In this document: positions 20,908 through 30,077 of the stretch, one piece after another
Numbering within the stretch: position 1 is the first letter of the stretch
How the letters are laid out: each line of letters opens with the position of its first letter
Virus record (IMG/VR): IMGVR_UViG_3300028394_000001
Location: 64,001 to 128,000 of that record
DNA: 64,000 nucleotides
Origin: a virus
Strand: one strand, 5' to 3'
Position numbers and translations under genes: made by a program
Notes under the pieces: model-generated
Seen by the model: only the letters and a program-made list of their open reading frames with translations
Databases searched by the model: none
Told to the model about the DNA's origin: nothing

Positions 20908-23109
20908 ATGGAACTAATCGAATCCAAGTCAATTCTTGCCAAACTTATGGCAACCGAGAACCTTCATATCGAACAACGCAAGGTTCCGACAGCATCCTTT
21001 GATGTTAAAAATCGTATTCTAACCATTCCTATTCTGGAAAACGGAATCTCATCTTATCTGTACGACCTTTTCATGGGTCACGAAGTCGGTCATGCACTTT
21101 ATACACCAGAAGATGGTATGAAAAAGGCCTACGACCTAAAATACTCCATGAGTGTTATGAATGTACTGGAAGATTCCCGTATTGAACGTAAAATCAAAAC
21201 AAAATATCCCGGCATTCGTCAGTCTTTCATTCGTGCTTACAAAGAATTGGTTGACCAAGATTTCTTTGGAACCGAAGGCAAAGACCTGAATGAACTAAAT
21301 TTCATCGACCGTGTTAACCTTTACTGCAAAGGTGGTGCATCAACTGGCATTAAATTCAGTGATGTTGAAACCGAACTCCTGGAAGAAATCGAAAACACAC
21401 AAACCTATGATGATGTAATTGAAGTTTACAAAAAAGTTTCAGATTACATGAAAAGTGAAGAAGAAGACAATCCTGAACCTGAAACTGAAACCAAAAAAGG
21501 TGATGGTGAATTGTCTGATGAAGAAATGGAAGAAATGCTTGAGGAAATCCTTGGTGAAAAAACTGATGAGCAACCAGATGAAGATAGCAAAAAAGATAAA
21601 GCACAAGATGAAGGCTTGGGTGGTGAAGAAGGAAACAAAAATTCTTCTCCTGGTGATTCACAAGAAGAAGGTGTAAGTGACGACTCCGGTAAAAACCAAG
21701 GTGGTGGTGCCGGCGGCCGTAAAACAAAACAAGTTGAAGAACCTGTTTCAGAAACAGATGAAGCTTACCGTAAAAACGAAAGCCGAATGTTTTCTTCTAG
21801 TTCTTTAGAATATGGATATGGTAATGTTCCAAATTTAGACATTGATAGAATTATTGTGAATCACAGTGTAGTTTGGTCTCGTTATGAAGATGATGTTACA
21901 TCCAAGTATAAAGAGTTGGGTGGACCCAAATCCGAATGGAAAGAATTCTTAGTAAAAGATAAAGAAGAATTTCTTAAATTCCGTGAAGATTCTAAGAAAG
22001 TGGTTTCTTATCTTGTAAAAGAATTTGAGCTGCGTAAGAATGCTGACCAAATGAAACGTGCTAGCATTTCCAAAACTGGTGAACTGAATATGAGTAAGAT
22101 TTTCTCTTATCAATTCAGTGAAGATATTTTCAAGAAGATTACTGTTGTACCTGGTGGTAAATCACATGGTCTGGTTATGTTCATTGATTGGTCAGGTTCT
22201 ATGTCTGATAACATTGGAAACACCGTAAAGCAATTATTGAACCTTGTAATGTTTTGCAAGAAGATTAATATTCCTTATGAAGTATATGCTTTCAGTACCG
22301 AATATGAAGATATTGATAAAGGTTGGCAACATCAAAGTAACCTAAAACGCGGTGATATGTGTCTTTCTGATTTTAGATTGTTGAATCTGCTTTCAAACAA
22401 AATGAGTGCAGTACAATTCACTAAAGCTGCTGGTGCTCTTTTGAGATATGAAACACACGGTCGTTGGACAATGCCTGAATGGTTTAAACTTGGTGGAACT
22501 CCTTTGAATGAATCTATTGTTGCTGCAATGAAAATTGTTCCAAGATTCAAAAAGGATAACCGTCTGCAAATTGTTAATACTGTATTCTTGACTGATGGTG
22601 AAGGAAATAAATGGACTTCTGTTGCTGATGGTTGTGGCCGTTATCTGTGGTCAGCTCAAGGTTATGGTAGCAAAAACCAAAGATTGATTATCCGTGATCC
22701 AATCACAAAATATGAAGTGATGGTTTCAGATATGACGGACAATGAACTGACTTCAGCTTACATCAAACTTCTGAAAGTCCGTACAGGTTGTAATATTATT
22801 GGTTTCTATGTTCTTCCTGGCCGTTCTTTTAGTTATGTTGTATCGAAATATATGCCAGACCTTGATTCAATTAAAACTGAAAAATTGAAGAAAGACTTTC
22901 GTACTAACAAGTTTCAAGTTATCACCAACGGTGGTTTTGATGAGTATTATTTGCTCCGTTCCGAAGGCCTAGATACTGATGAAGATTCAGAATTTGAAGT
23001 AGAAGAATCCGCATCTTTGAAAAAGATTGCTTCCCAATTCAACAAATTTAGTTCTTCAAGAAAAAGCAGCCGAGTTGTTCTCAACCGGTTTATTGATTTG
23101 ATTACATAA
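20908..23109 (+). CDS. Metallopeptidase (HExxH) / acidic linker / vWA protein (CobT-like)
   Basis: HEVGH, EDSRIE, MIDAS DWSGS, GGTPL and LTDGE motifs. Confidence 0.85.
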   Translation: MELIESKSILAKLMATENLHIEQRKVPTASFDVKNRILTIPILENGISSYLYDLFMGHEVGHALYTPEDGMKKAYDLKYSMSVMNVLEDSRIERKIKTKYPGIRQSFIRAYKELVDQDFFGTEGKDLNELNFIDRVNLYCKGGASTGIKFSDVETELLEEIENTQTYDDVIEVYKKVSDYMKSEEEDNPEPETETKKGDGELSDEEMEEMLEEILGEKTDEQPDEDSKKDKAQDEGLGGEEGNKNSSPGDSQEEGVSDDSGKNQGGGAGGRKTKQVEEPVSETDEAYRKNESRMFSSSSLEYGYGNVPNLDIDRIIVNHSVVWSRYEDDVTSKYKELGGPKSEWKEFLVKDKEEFLKFREDSKKVVSYLVKEFELRKNADQMKRASISKTGELNMSKIFSYQFSEDIFKKITVVPGGKSHGLVMFIDWSGSMSDNIGNTVKQLLNLVMFCKKINIPYEVYAFSTEYEDIDKGWQHQSNLKRGDMCLSDFRLLNLLSNKMSAVQFTKAAGALLRYETHGRWTMPEWFKLGGTPLNESIVAAMKIVPRFKKDNRLQIVNTVFLTDGEGNKWTSVADGCGRYLWSAQGYGSKNQRLIIRDPITKYEVMVSDMTDNELTSAYIKLLKVRTGCNIIGFYVLPGRSFSYVVSKYMPDLDSIKTEKLKKDFRTNKFQVITNGGFDEYYLLRSEGLDTDEDSEFEVEESASLKKIASQFNKFSSSRKSSRVVLNRFIDLIT

Positions 23110-23118
23110 GGAGTTAGT

Positions 23119-23316
23119 ATGTTTGATTTATGTTACACTGCACAAGTAGACAATAAGAAAAGTGAAGTCCGCAAGGATGCAATGGGTGTATACACTATTG
23201 CTTTTTATATGAACGATATGTTTTCACACTCCGCTCGGAGTTATGTGAAAGAAGAAGCTGAGAAGTTGGCTGATTCATTTGTTGGTAATAGCCGTCCTAC
23301 ATTCCTATCAGAATGA
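23119..23316 (+). CDS. Hypothetical protein
   Basis: AGGAG RBS; operon context. Confidence 0.6.
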   Translation: MFDLCYTAQVDNKKSEVRKDAMGVYTIAFYMNDMFSHSARSYVKEEAEKLADSFVGNSRPTFLSE

Positions 23317-24134
23317 GAGTATTAATTACTGGTTCAAACGGGTACATCGGTAAGCATTTGTATAGAATGCTTATCGAGACTCGTCCTGATATTGAAATAT
23401 ATCGATTGGACTATAATGATCCTGCGTGGAATAAAAATATAGACATTCGTAATCATAATGACATTTACAATCATTTCTCTGATGTGTTCTTTGATGCTGT
23501 GATTCATCTTGCTGCACTTGTTCGTGTTGGTGAATCGGTTGAAAGGCCTAAAGCATATTGTGAAACGAATGTTAACGGTACAATCAATCTACTGGAGAAT
23601 TTGGAATATAAAAACTTCATTTTCGCATCTACCGGTGCTGCAAGTAATCCAACAAGTCCTTATGCCTACACCAAATTGATGGCTGAGCATATCATTAGAG
23701 AATATATGGGAGAAAAAGATTACACCATCTTTAGATTCTATAATGTAACTGGGTCTGGAGGTTATCCTGCAACGAATCCAGATGGTCTGTTCTACAATCT
23801 GACTAACGCTATACAAACTAGGGCTTTCACACTTTATGGAACGAATTATCCGACCAAGGATGGTACTGCTATCCGTGAGTATGTCCATGTGAATGATATT
23901 TGCAGAGCGCTCATTAAGGCTATAGATAAACCAAGCATGTCTATTGAGAATCTAGCATATGGTGATACTCGGACAGTCCAAGAGATTGTTGACATTTTTA
24001 AGAAAGTCAATGGTGTAGACTTTAAAGTGAATCATTCCCCTAGGAGAGATGGTGACTTGATAGAAAATTATTTGAAGAATCCCTCAACCTACATGGAACG
24101 TAATTATACTTACGAAGAAATGTTAAAAATATAG
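23313..24134 (+). CDS. NAD-dependent epimerase (GalE-like)
   Basis: TGSNGYIG, HLAA, YAYTK, RFYNV and DGTAIREYVHV motifs. Confidence 0.9.
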   Translation: MRVLITGSNGYIGKHLYRMLIETRPDIEIYRLDYNDPAWNKNIDIRNHNDIYNHFSDVFFDAVIHLAALVRVGESVERPKAYCETNVNGTINLLENLEYKNFIFASTGAASNPTSPYAYTKLMAEHIIREYMGEKDYTIFRFYNVTGSGGYPATNPDGLFYNLTNAIQTRAFTLYGTNYPTKDGTAIREYVHVNDICRALIKAIDKPSMSIENLAYGDTRTVQEIVDIFKKVNGVDFKVNHSPRRDGDLIENYLKNPSTYMERNYTYEEMLKI

Positions 24135-24144
24135 AAAGAAAATT

Positions 24145-24405
24145 ATGCTAAAGCCTTTGAGAAATAAATTAGTGGTAGAGATTATTGAAAAAGAAAAAGT
24201 ATCATCGGGTGGTATTATTCTAACTAGGTCTGACCGTGATGAAGTTAACCGCGGTAAAGTTATCTTTGTTGGTTCTGGTGTGCTTGACATTTCTGTTGGT
24301 GATGTTATACTACCCAACTGGAACGCAGCAGTTAAGACTGTTGTTGAAGGAAACACTTTCTACATCCTTTCAGAAGAAGATGTAGTTTTGATTTTTGGTG
24401 ATTAA
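24145..24405 (+). CDS. groES: Co-chaperonin GroES-like
   Basis: LKPLRNKLVV, SSGGIIL mobile loop and VGSG. Confidence 0.88.
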   Translation: MLKPLRNKLVVEIIEKEKVSSGGIILTRSDRDEVNRGKVIFVGSGVLDISVGDVILPNWNAAVKTVVEGNTFYILSEEDVVLIFGD

Positions 24406-24723
24406 ATGGCAAAAGCAAATTGGAATATAAATCCTTGGGACGATTTTCACAAAACAGCGACAGAAACTCAACATGTAATCAAAGGTGAAATGTTGACGGC
24501 TAATTTTAAAATAACAGAATTTCAAAAATTAAGCCTCGATGTTGGAGATTCAGAAGCTTGGATTAAGAAAAGTTTATGTGATATGATTGCTGAAGACTTG
24601 TTACGGTCTAAATATGTTTTGTTTACAAAAAGGGAAGATAAAATAATAGGTGGCACCGATTATCTAGTTCGAGCCTTCCTTGTTCCTTCGGACATGGTAC
24701 AAATCTTGAAACAGGTTAAATGA
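24406..24723 (+). CDS. Hypothetical protein
   Basis: ORF in operon context. Confidence 0.55.
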   Translation: MAKANWNINPWDDFHKTATETQHVIKGEMLTANFKITEFQKLSLDVGDSEAWIKKSLCDMIAEDLLRSKYVLFTKREDKIIGGTDYLVRAFLVPSDMVQILKQVK

Positions 24724-24730
24724 ATTTATT

Positions 24731-25100
24731 ATGGAAAAACTTTATATGATTACTGAACCTACTGAACGGCTGTCCGATGCAGCCCTACAATCCAACCTGA
24801 GTTATTATACTACATTGTCTATTGAACACCAAATCAAGCATATGGAGTATGATGATAAAGCCTTTCTCATTGAAGAAGAACTGAGGCTCCGGGAAATGCA
24901 GAGAATGAATAATGGCGACCAGAACCAAGAAGCCTGAACCGTTTGTCGTAGAAGTCCTGAGTACCGAAGGTTACCGACATTTTTGGAATGATGTTGAGAT
25001 TGATGAAGAAACATTTAACAAAAATAACAAAGACCACGAAGAATGGATTGCAAGGTTCCAGGAGACTGTTGAACCTCCACCTAAGAGGAAAAAGAAATGA
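24731..25100 (+). CDS. Two small hypothetical proteins (24731-24937, 24912-25100)
   Basis: Overlapping ORFs in operon context. Confidence 0.5.
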
Positions 25101-25636
25101 CCACAAGAAAGAAAATTTTTATAGTGGCGGGCAATGTCCAAGAGTTTGAAGCCTACAAAGCAAAGAAACTCCATGAGTGGACCGAATATGGTGGAGAATT
25201 AGAAGGATATTTTCCTGAGTATGTCTGTGTGCATAATGCATGGCAACTTAAAGGCCTGAATGAAATAGAAGGATACTATATTGGGTCCTATAAGAACAGA
25301 CCTGATTTGGATGAGATAGAATGGTGCATAAAAGCCATTAAGGGTAGGAAAAATAACGTAGATAACTTAAAGGGTGTTGCTGCGGCCGCCATTGCAAACG
25401 GTTCCAATGGTCTATCAGGTAAATCAATTCCGCAGGTCGATACAACAGCCGTTGGTACTATGTTACCACATACTATGTTACCAATAGGTACCGGTGGTAT
25501 AAGTTCAAGTATTACAAATGGCGCCACAGCCGTTACTCAGTATAGTTATCCGAACCCTAATTTGGAACAAAGAACGAAGGCGCTCGAAGAAGCCTTAGAG
25601 TGGATAAAAAAACAAATAGACTCTGCGGCCTCCTGA
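25097..25636 (+). CDS. Hypothetical protein; last + strand gene before the inverted block
   Basis: ORF with ATGA overlap start. Confidence 0.55.
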   Translation: MTTRKKIFIVAGNVQEFEAYKAKKLHEWTEYGGELEGYFPEYVCVHNAWQLKGLNEIEGYYIGSYKNRPDLDEIEWCIKAIKGRKNNVDNLKGVAAAAIANGSNGLSGKSIPQVDTTAVGTMLPHTMLPIGTGGISSSITNGATAVTQYSYPNPNLEQRTKALEEALEWIKKQIDSAAS

Positions 25637-25820
25637 AAAAAAATTAGGAGGCGAAAATAGTGAAAATTTGAAAGCTGCTTGGAGGGGCCAGAAAATAAAA
25701 TGGAAAAGAAAAGAGTTTCGCCATGGAGAACTTTTTCTTAGCACAGCCCGCCGGCGCGCCATAGCCTGTCGCCGGCACTGCTGCCAGCCCCTGTCAAACC
25801 ACTGTGCTTCCAAGCAGTGC

Positions 25821-25855
25821 TGGGGCTTGACCCCCAGCCCCACCTGTGTTATACT
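25821..25855 (+). promoter_or_regulatory. Hairpin-embedded sigma70-like promoter, antisense to the inverted gene block
   Basis: GGGGCT..AGCCCC stem overlapping TTGACC; 17-nt spacer; TATACT. Confidence 0.45.
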
Positions 25856-26076
25856 GGCCGATTAGCCTTGTGGATTATCTTGCCAACCACAGAGCAATCC
25901 AAAGCAGGCCCGATTCTCCCAGCCATATCATAACCCATCAAAATATTAACCATGTCCATCCAAAGCATTATCCTGCCCTCCAATAAATTGTATCCATTAC
26001 CAATACCACCACGACCAGCATATAAACGGCACAGAATGCCATGCCGGTCAGGACCTTTTCCATGTCCTTGTCCATA

Positions 26077-26310
26077 TTATGCTTCCAATCCCTTGAGAGC
26101 CTCAGAGGTACGCTCCTCGAAGCATTCTAGCCAGTGCGCTTGCTGTGCCTTGGTCATCTCAGCAAACATGGACAGGACCGTGCTCTCCATGTAACCTGCC
26201 GAGAAGGCGTAGGTCTTATGCTTTTTAACAGAGGTTTCACCGAAGGTCCTCAAGAGCTCTTGCATACGGAGGGTACGGACTTTGCTTGCTGCGGATTGTG
26301 TCTTGAACAT
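26077..26310 (-). CDS. Early hypothetical protein
   Basis: Own promoter cassette and AGGA RBS upstream. Confidence 0.65.
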   Translation of the reverse strand: MFKTQSAASKVRTLRMQELLRTFGETSVKKHKTYAFSAGYMESTVLSMFAEMTKAQQAHWLECFEERTSEALKGLEA

Positions 26311-26321
26311 TTTGCTTCCTA

Positions 26322-26384
26322 GTTTCGTTTAGATGGTGCCATTATACCAGAGTCCAGTGGTCCTGTCACAAACTAGAGTTGCGA
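26322..26384 (-). repeat. Promoter cassette repeat, copy 1 (GTGACA-17 nt-TATAAT with a TCGCAAC box)
   Basis: tttcgtttagatggtgccattataccagagtc...tcctgtcacaaact..agttgcga, near-identical to 27438-27499. Confidence 0.85.
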
Positions 26385-26603
26385 TCCTAGGAATTCTTCA
26401 GGCAGGTAGCCTAGAAGCTGTTCCTCGGGGCAGCACATTAGGAGACCTTCGATGGCTGTCAGGTCACCCATGGCTATGTCGGTTTTAATCTGCTCCAGGA
26501 CGGCATCGATTAGGGAAGCAGGGTCATCCTTGAATAGTTCGGCACGGGTCAAGGTTTGTCCTTGTAAGCGTTGCATCAGGTCAGCTTTGTAATTTTCGTT
26601 CAT
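26373..26603 (-). CDS. Early hypothetical protein
   Basis: D...GDLTAIEGLL...L.GYLPE pattern. Confidence 0.65.
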   Translation of the reverse strand: MNENYKADLMQRLQGQTLTRAELFKDDPASLIDAVLEQIKTDIAMGDLTAIEGLLMCCPEEQLLGYLPEEFLGSQL

Positions 26604-26616
26604 TTTATGCCTTAGA

Positions 26617-26651
26617 GGGGGCTTGACAAAGCAAGCCCCTTGTGATATAAT
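26617..26651 (+). promoter_or_regulatory. Hairpin GGGGCTTG-acaaag-CAAGCCCC overlapping a consensus + strand promoter
   Basis: TTGACA 26623-28, 17-nt spacer, TATAAT 26646-51; the hairpin lies just 3' of a minus-strand gene. Confidence 0.7.
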
Positions 26652-26920
26652 CAGCCCTTGGTCACAATAACTGCGGACGGTTTGCGATTCGCTTTGAGAG
26701 CTTTAGCGCCTACAGGAGCAGTCAGCTTTTCCAGTTTAGCTTTCGCTTTTGCGATAGCAGCTTCCTTGCGAGCAGCTGCCATAACCACTTTATCTTGCTT
26801 GATAGCGAAACGCTCATGAGCATATTGTTTAGCCATCTGAGCGACTTCAGCTTTGAGAGCTTTCAGCTCAGCACGCTTGTTTGCGAGAGCAGAACCGAGA
26901 AAAGATTTTGATTTAGCCAT
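26651..26920 (-). CDS. Lys/Ala-rich basic protein
   Basis: Start MAKSKSF follows an AAGGA RBS and a promoter at 26954-26982. Confidence 0.7.
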   Translation of the reverse strand: MAKSKSFLGSALANKRAELKALKAEVAQMAKQYAHERFAIKQDKVVMAAARKEAAIAKAKAKLEKLTAPVGAKALKANRKPSAVIVTKG

Positions 26921-26953
26921 TTTAAAGTTTCCTTTTTTGTTTACGATGGGTGT

Positions 26954-26998
26954 ATTATACACCCGGTTTAGTGAAATGTCAAGCAACCTTAGTTGCGA
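26954..26998 (-). promoter_or_regulatory. sigma70 promoter with a GCAAC-N4-GTTGC palindrome
   Basis: Minus strand reads TCGCAACTAAGGTTGCTTGACA-17 nt-TATAAT; the first 22 nt are identical to 30001-30022 (+). Confidence 0.85.
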
Positions 26999-27359
26999 AA
27001 TCATAGTTTTTGGAAATGTAGCCGTAAGGCACGCCCAGCAGGTATTCGGCAAAATCAGGATCACCAGCGGCACCTTCAGCCTCCATGATCCAACGGATGG
27101 CCGTGGCACGGTCTTGAGCACCAGTGGCCATCAGGTTGGCCAAACGAGCCTCGAAGCGCTCGATGGCCTGACCTTCATTAAAGGCCCGCAGGAGCTCCTC
27201 TTGGCGAATGGCCAGCTCGAGAGCTTCGAATTCAGCCACGAACATTTCCTCGGTCCAGTGGGTGGTATCCACGTGGCGAGGACGGATGCCGTGAGCGTCC
27301 TTGTACATATCCCAGTAAATACACTGGAGCTCTTCGGTGCGGGTCATTTCGTTGGTCAT
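26979..27359 (-). CDS. Conserved phage early protein
   Basis: YWDMYKDAHGIRPR and GAQDRATAIRWI motifs. Confidence 0.7.
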   Translation of the reverse strand: MTNEMTRTEELQCIYWDMYKDAHGIRPRHVDTTHWTEEMFVAEFEALELAIRQEELLRAFNEGQAIERFEARLANLMATGAQDRATAIRWIMEAEGAAGDPDFAEYLLGVPYGYISKNYDFATKVA

Positions 27360-27437
27360 ACTGTAGGCCTTAAATTAGATGGTTGATCCGTGCTTAACTT
27401 TTTGCTTTCGCGTGTCTTGCTTTTTGGATCAACCTTA

Positions 27438-27499
27438 TTTCGTTTAGATGGTGCCATTATACCAGAGTCGGTCGTTCCTGTCACAAACTGTAGTTGCGA
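27438..27499 (-). repeat. Promoter cassette repeat, copy 2
   Basis: Near-identical to 26322-26384. Confidence 0.85.
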
Positions 27500-27506
27500 T
27501 TTAGGA

Positions 27507-27731
27507 TTATTTCAGGACCTTTTTGGCCAGACGGAGAACCCGAGCCTCGATTTGGTATATCCGAGGGCCTGTGATTCCGTGTTCCTTAGCCAGCTGATTG
27601 ATAGCGACACCGTGGACTATCCGATCCACCATGATATTGTAGTCCCTTTCACTGACCTTGGAGGCCAGCTTGGTTGCCAGCATATCCTGAAGGCGGGAGG
27701 TGTAGACTGCGGCTTCGGTATCTGTTAGCAT
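27507..27731 (-). CDS. Stand-alone sigma70 region-4-like HTH protein
   Basis: SERDYNIMVDRI...INQLAKEHGITGPRIYQIEARVLR resembles the sigma4 pattern LxERE..I...R...TL.EI...G(I/V)T.ERIRQIE.KALRKL. Confidence 0.7.
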   Translation of the reverse strand: MLTDTEAAVYTSRLQDMLATKLASKVSERDYNIMVDRIVHGVAINQLAKEHGITGPRIYQIEARVLRLAKKVLK

Positions 27732-27878
27732 GACCAGTCCTTATTTGGCAATCACCTCGACGGTAGCCGCCTTGACCTTGGTGAGGCCCACGTCGGCTAT
27801 CTTAGCGAAGCCTGTGAAACCAACCGTAGCCACTATGATACCAAAAGCCATGCCTAATAGAAAATTCATTTTTTGTCC

Positions 27879-28187
27879 TTAATCGTGAGAGAAACCATAG
27901 TCCTCATCCGTACCGAAGCCCGCAGAGGCCATGGCCGAATCGTGGTCACCATCCATATCGACACCGAAATTCTCCTCTTGATCCTCATCGGTCCAGCCTT
28001 CGACATAGGTGCCGTCCTCAGCAAGAGTCTCCGTATATTCACCGAAACCCACACGGTAGGCGATAGGGTCCATCTCCTTCAGCACTGCGCTAGCCAGGAA
28101 AGAGGAGTAGCCCAGAGTAACCTCAGGGTATACCTCATCCAGCATTTGGTCATAGCGTTCGTAGGCTTCGTATTCGGAGAGTATCAT
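27879..28187 (-). CDS. Highly acidic early protein
   Basis: Asp/Glu-rich; LKEMDPIAYRVGF and DGDHDSAMASAGFGTDEDYG; AAGGA RBS. Confidence 0.7.
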   Translation of the reverse strand: MILSEYEAYERYDQMLDEVYPEVTLGYSSFLASAVLKEMDPIAYRVGFGEYTETLAEDGTYVEGWTDEDQEENFGVDMDGDHDSAMASAGFGTDEDYGFSHD

Positions 28188-28189
28188 TT

Positions 28190-28870
28190 TCGTTTCCTTG
28201 TTTCGTTTAAGTGGTTGTATTATACCACAACCAGTGGGAATGTCAAGCGAAAAATCACAACAATGGTTGCGAAATGGGGGCTTGACAGGGGCTCTGGATT
28301 GTGATAGGATGGAGGCACACCGACTGTGGGCGAATCGATAGAGTCCCTCTATGAGGCCTCAGAGGCTGATAGAGAAAAACAATAGGCGGAAGGGCTTGAC
28401 AAAGCTCAGAAACTCTGGTATAATGGACGCATGATTCGAAGCAATGAGCGGGATGGACGAGGAGAGTGGTCGTTATATTCTCAGAGCACCTCAGAGACCT
28501 GCGATAGTTTTTATCAATCGAAAACCTCGAAGCGATAGCGAAAATTGTGCGGAAAACGCTTGACAACCTTCGGATTTTCTGATATAATGCTGGATTATTC
28601 TTAGGAAAATCGGACACACAGACTAAACTTCGCTAAACTGTCTTAATTGCGACATATTATATCGTGGATGCGACAGGTTGCGACATATACTGCGGGCTGT
28701 TGTTTTAATGACACAAAAATGCACTTATTTGCACTAAAATATCAAATCGCAACTATTATCACTTGACAAGCAATACTGTACCGGTCTCTAATGTCTTTCC
28801 AAATAGTGCTTGACATTTTCTCGGATCCGTGTATAATGGCACTCATGTTAAACGATAAGAGCGATTATAA
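28190..28870. promoter_or_regulatory. Non-coding divergence region with clustered sigma70 promoters
   Basis: Minus promoter at 28219-28246; plus promoters at 28282-28310, 28396-28424, 28560-28588 and 28810-28837, with a weak one at 28763; TGCGACA x3 at ~28648-28686. Confidence 0.8.
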
Positions 28871-28871
28871 A

Positions 28872-30010
28872 ATGAATTATTATATTATTGGTGAATCTAG
28901 CAAATTTTCTGCTGATACTACCCCCGAGTTTTATTATTACAGTTTATTTGCTGATTCTAAACTAATCGGTACCTTTGTTCATAATACCGAATTTGATACT
29001 TTTACTGTAAATCATTCGGAAATTGATATTGGTGACGGTAAAACTGGTTGGTTGACTGATACTGTAGATAGTATGGCGGAAGCGATTCGCTATATTAAGC
29101 AGGAAGAATTAGTTTAATTTATAGTAATTAGGATATATTATGACATTCGGACAAGCAATGGCGGTAGTTTCTCGCTTCGGTTACTCTAATAAATGCGAAT
29201 CATTTATGGACGCTATTGAAACAATGGAACTAGAATATGCGGACTTAACATCGGTCGAGCAGGATGCTTTTGATACTGTGGTATCGGAGTATGAAATGCT
29301 GGCGGAATATTGATATTATGAAAAATATAAATGAAATAAACGCAAAATATAATGAGTTATGTTCTGCTGTAGATATGGTCGATTGGAAATTGAGAGAATT
29401 TACCAAAGTATTCGATCCGCAAATTGATAATTTATATCTTACCAATGAACCTATGCATGATTTACTGATTAAAATCGGTGAAATGCTGGAACAATTGGAA
29501 CAAGCGGAAAACAATTAAGGTAGATATTATGGCGAATAAGATATTATTTAATTCTCGGGAACTAATGAATAGCACTACCGCAGGTGAATCGAAGGTAGTA
29601 TATTCGGTACCATTTACTTTTGATAATAATGGTTATACCCATCTCCATGAAGCGAGACATAATCTATCCTATGAAGAGCAACAATTCAAGGATAATATTG
29701 TGAATAAAATAGAAGCGGCATTAACCGACCGTGAAATGTTTCTGGTCCATATATCTTTTTCTACTATGCGAATGGTAGTCGGAATTAGTCCAAAATGAAA
29801 ATTATTGCAAACTGTGCAAGTTATAACGATTATAAAGATGTCCTCTTTATGATGGAATCGGATGATTATCGTTTGTCCGATCCTGATTATGGATATACTA
29901 AAGTATCGGCCGGAGAATATATGCATAAATTGCGGAAATTCATTACTCCTGACGGAGTTTATTCTGTATTTTCTGACTGGTCTGTAAAGAAAGACCAGGA
30001 TCGCAACTAA
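28872..30010 (+). CDS. Run of small early hypothetical genes (28872-29117, ~29140-29313, 29318-29518, 29529-29798, 29795-30010)
   Basis: Tightly packed ORFs downstream of the early promoter at 28810. Confidence 0.55.
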
Positions 30011-30044
30011 GGTTGCTTGACAAATCCTTGGATTCGTGTATAAT
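30001..30044 (+). promoter_or_regulatory. sigma70 promoter with a GCAAC-N4-GTTGC palindrome
   Basis: TTGACA 30017-22, TATAAT 30039-44; shares the downstream GGCACTCATGTTAAACG with the 28810 promoter. Confidence 0.85.
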
Positions 30045-30077
30045 GGCACTCATGTTAAACGCAAACGGCAATAAATT

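Noticed and set aside
25668-25865. ORFs 25668-25865 (+) and 25595-25843 (-)
   Set aside because: They overlap GC-rich hairpins and promoter-like elements at the strand convergence, lack an RBS and have atypical composition; probably non-coding.
26322-27499. Repeats considered as a CRISPR array or attC integron sites
   Set aside because: Only two long copies ~1.1 kb apart; they are promoter units, with no regular spacers and no cas or integrase gene in the window.
26853-28304. Long + strand ORFs 26853-27386, 27390-27728 and 27873-28304
   Set aside because: Shadow frames of minus-strand genes that have their own promoters and RBSs.
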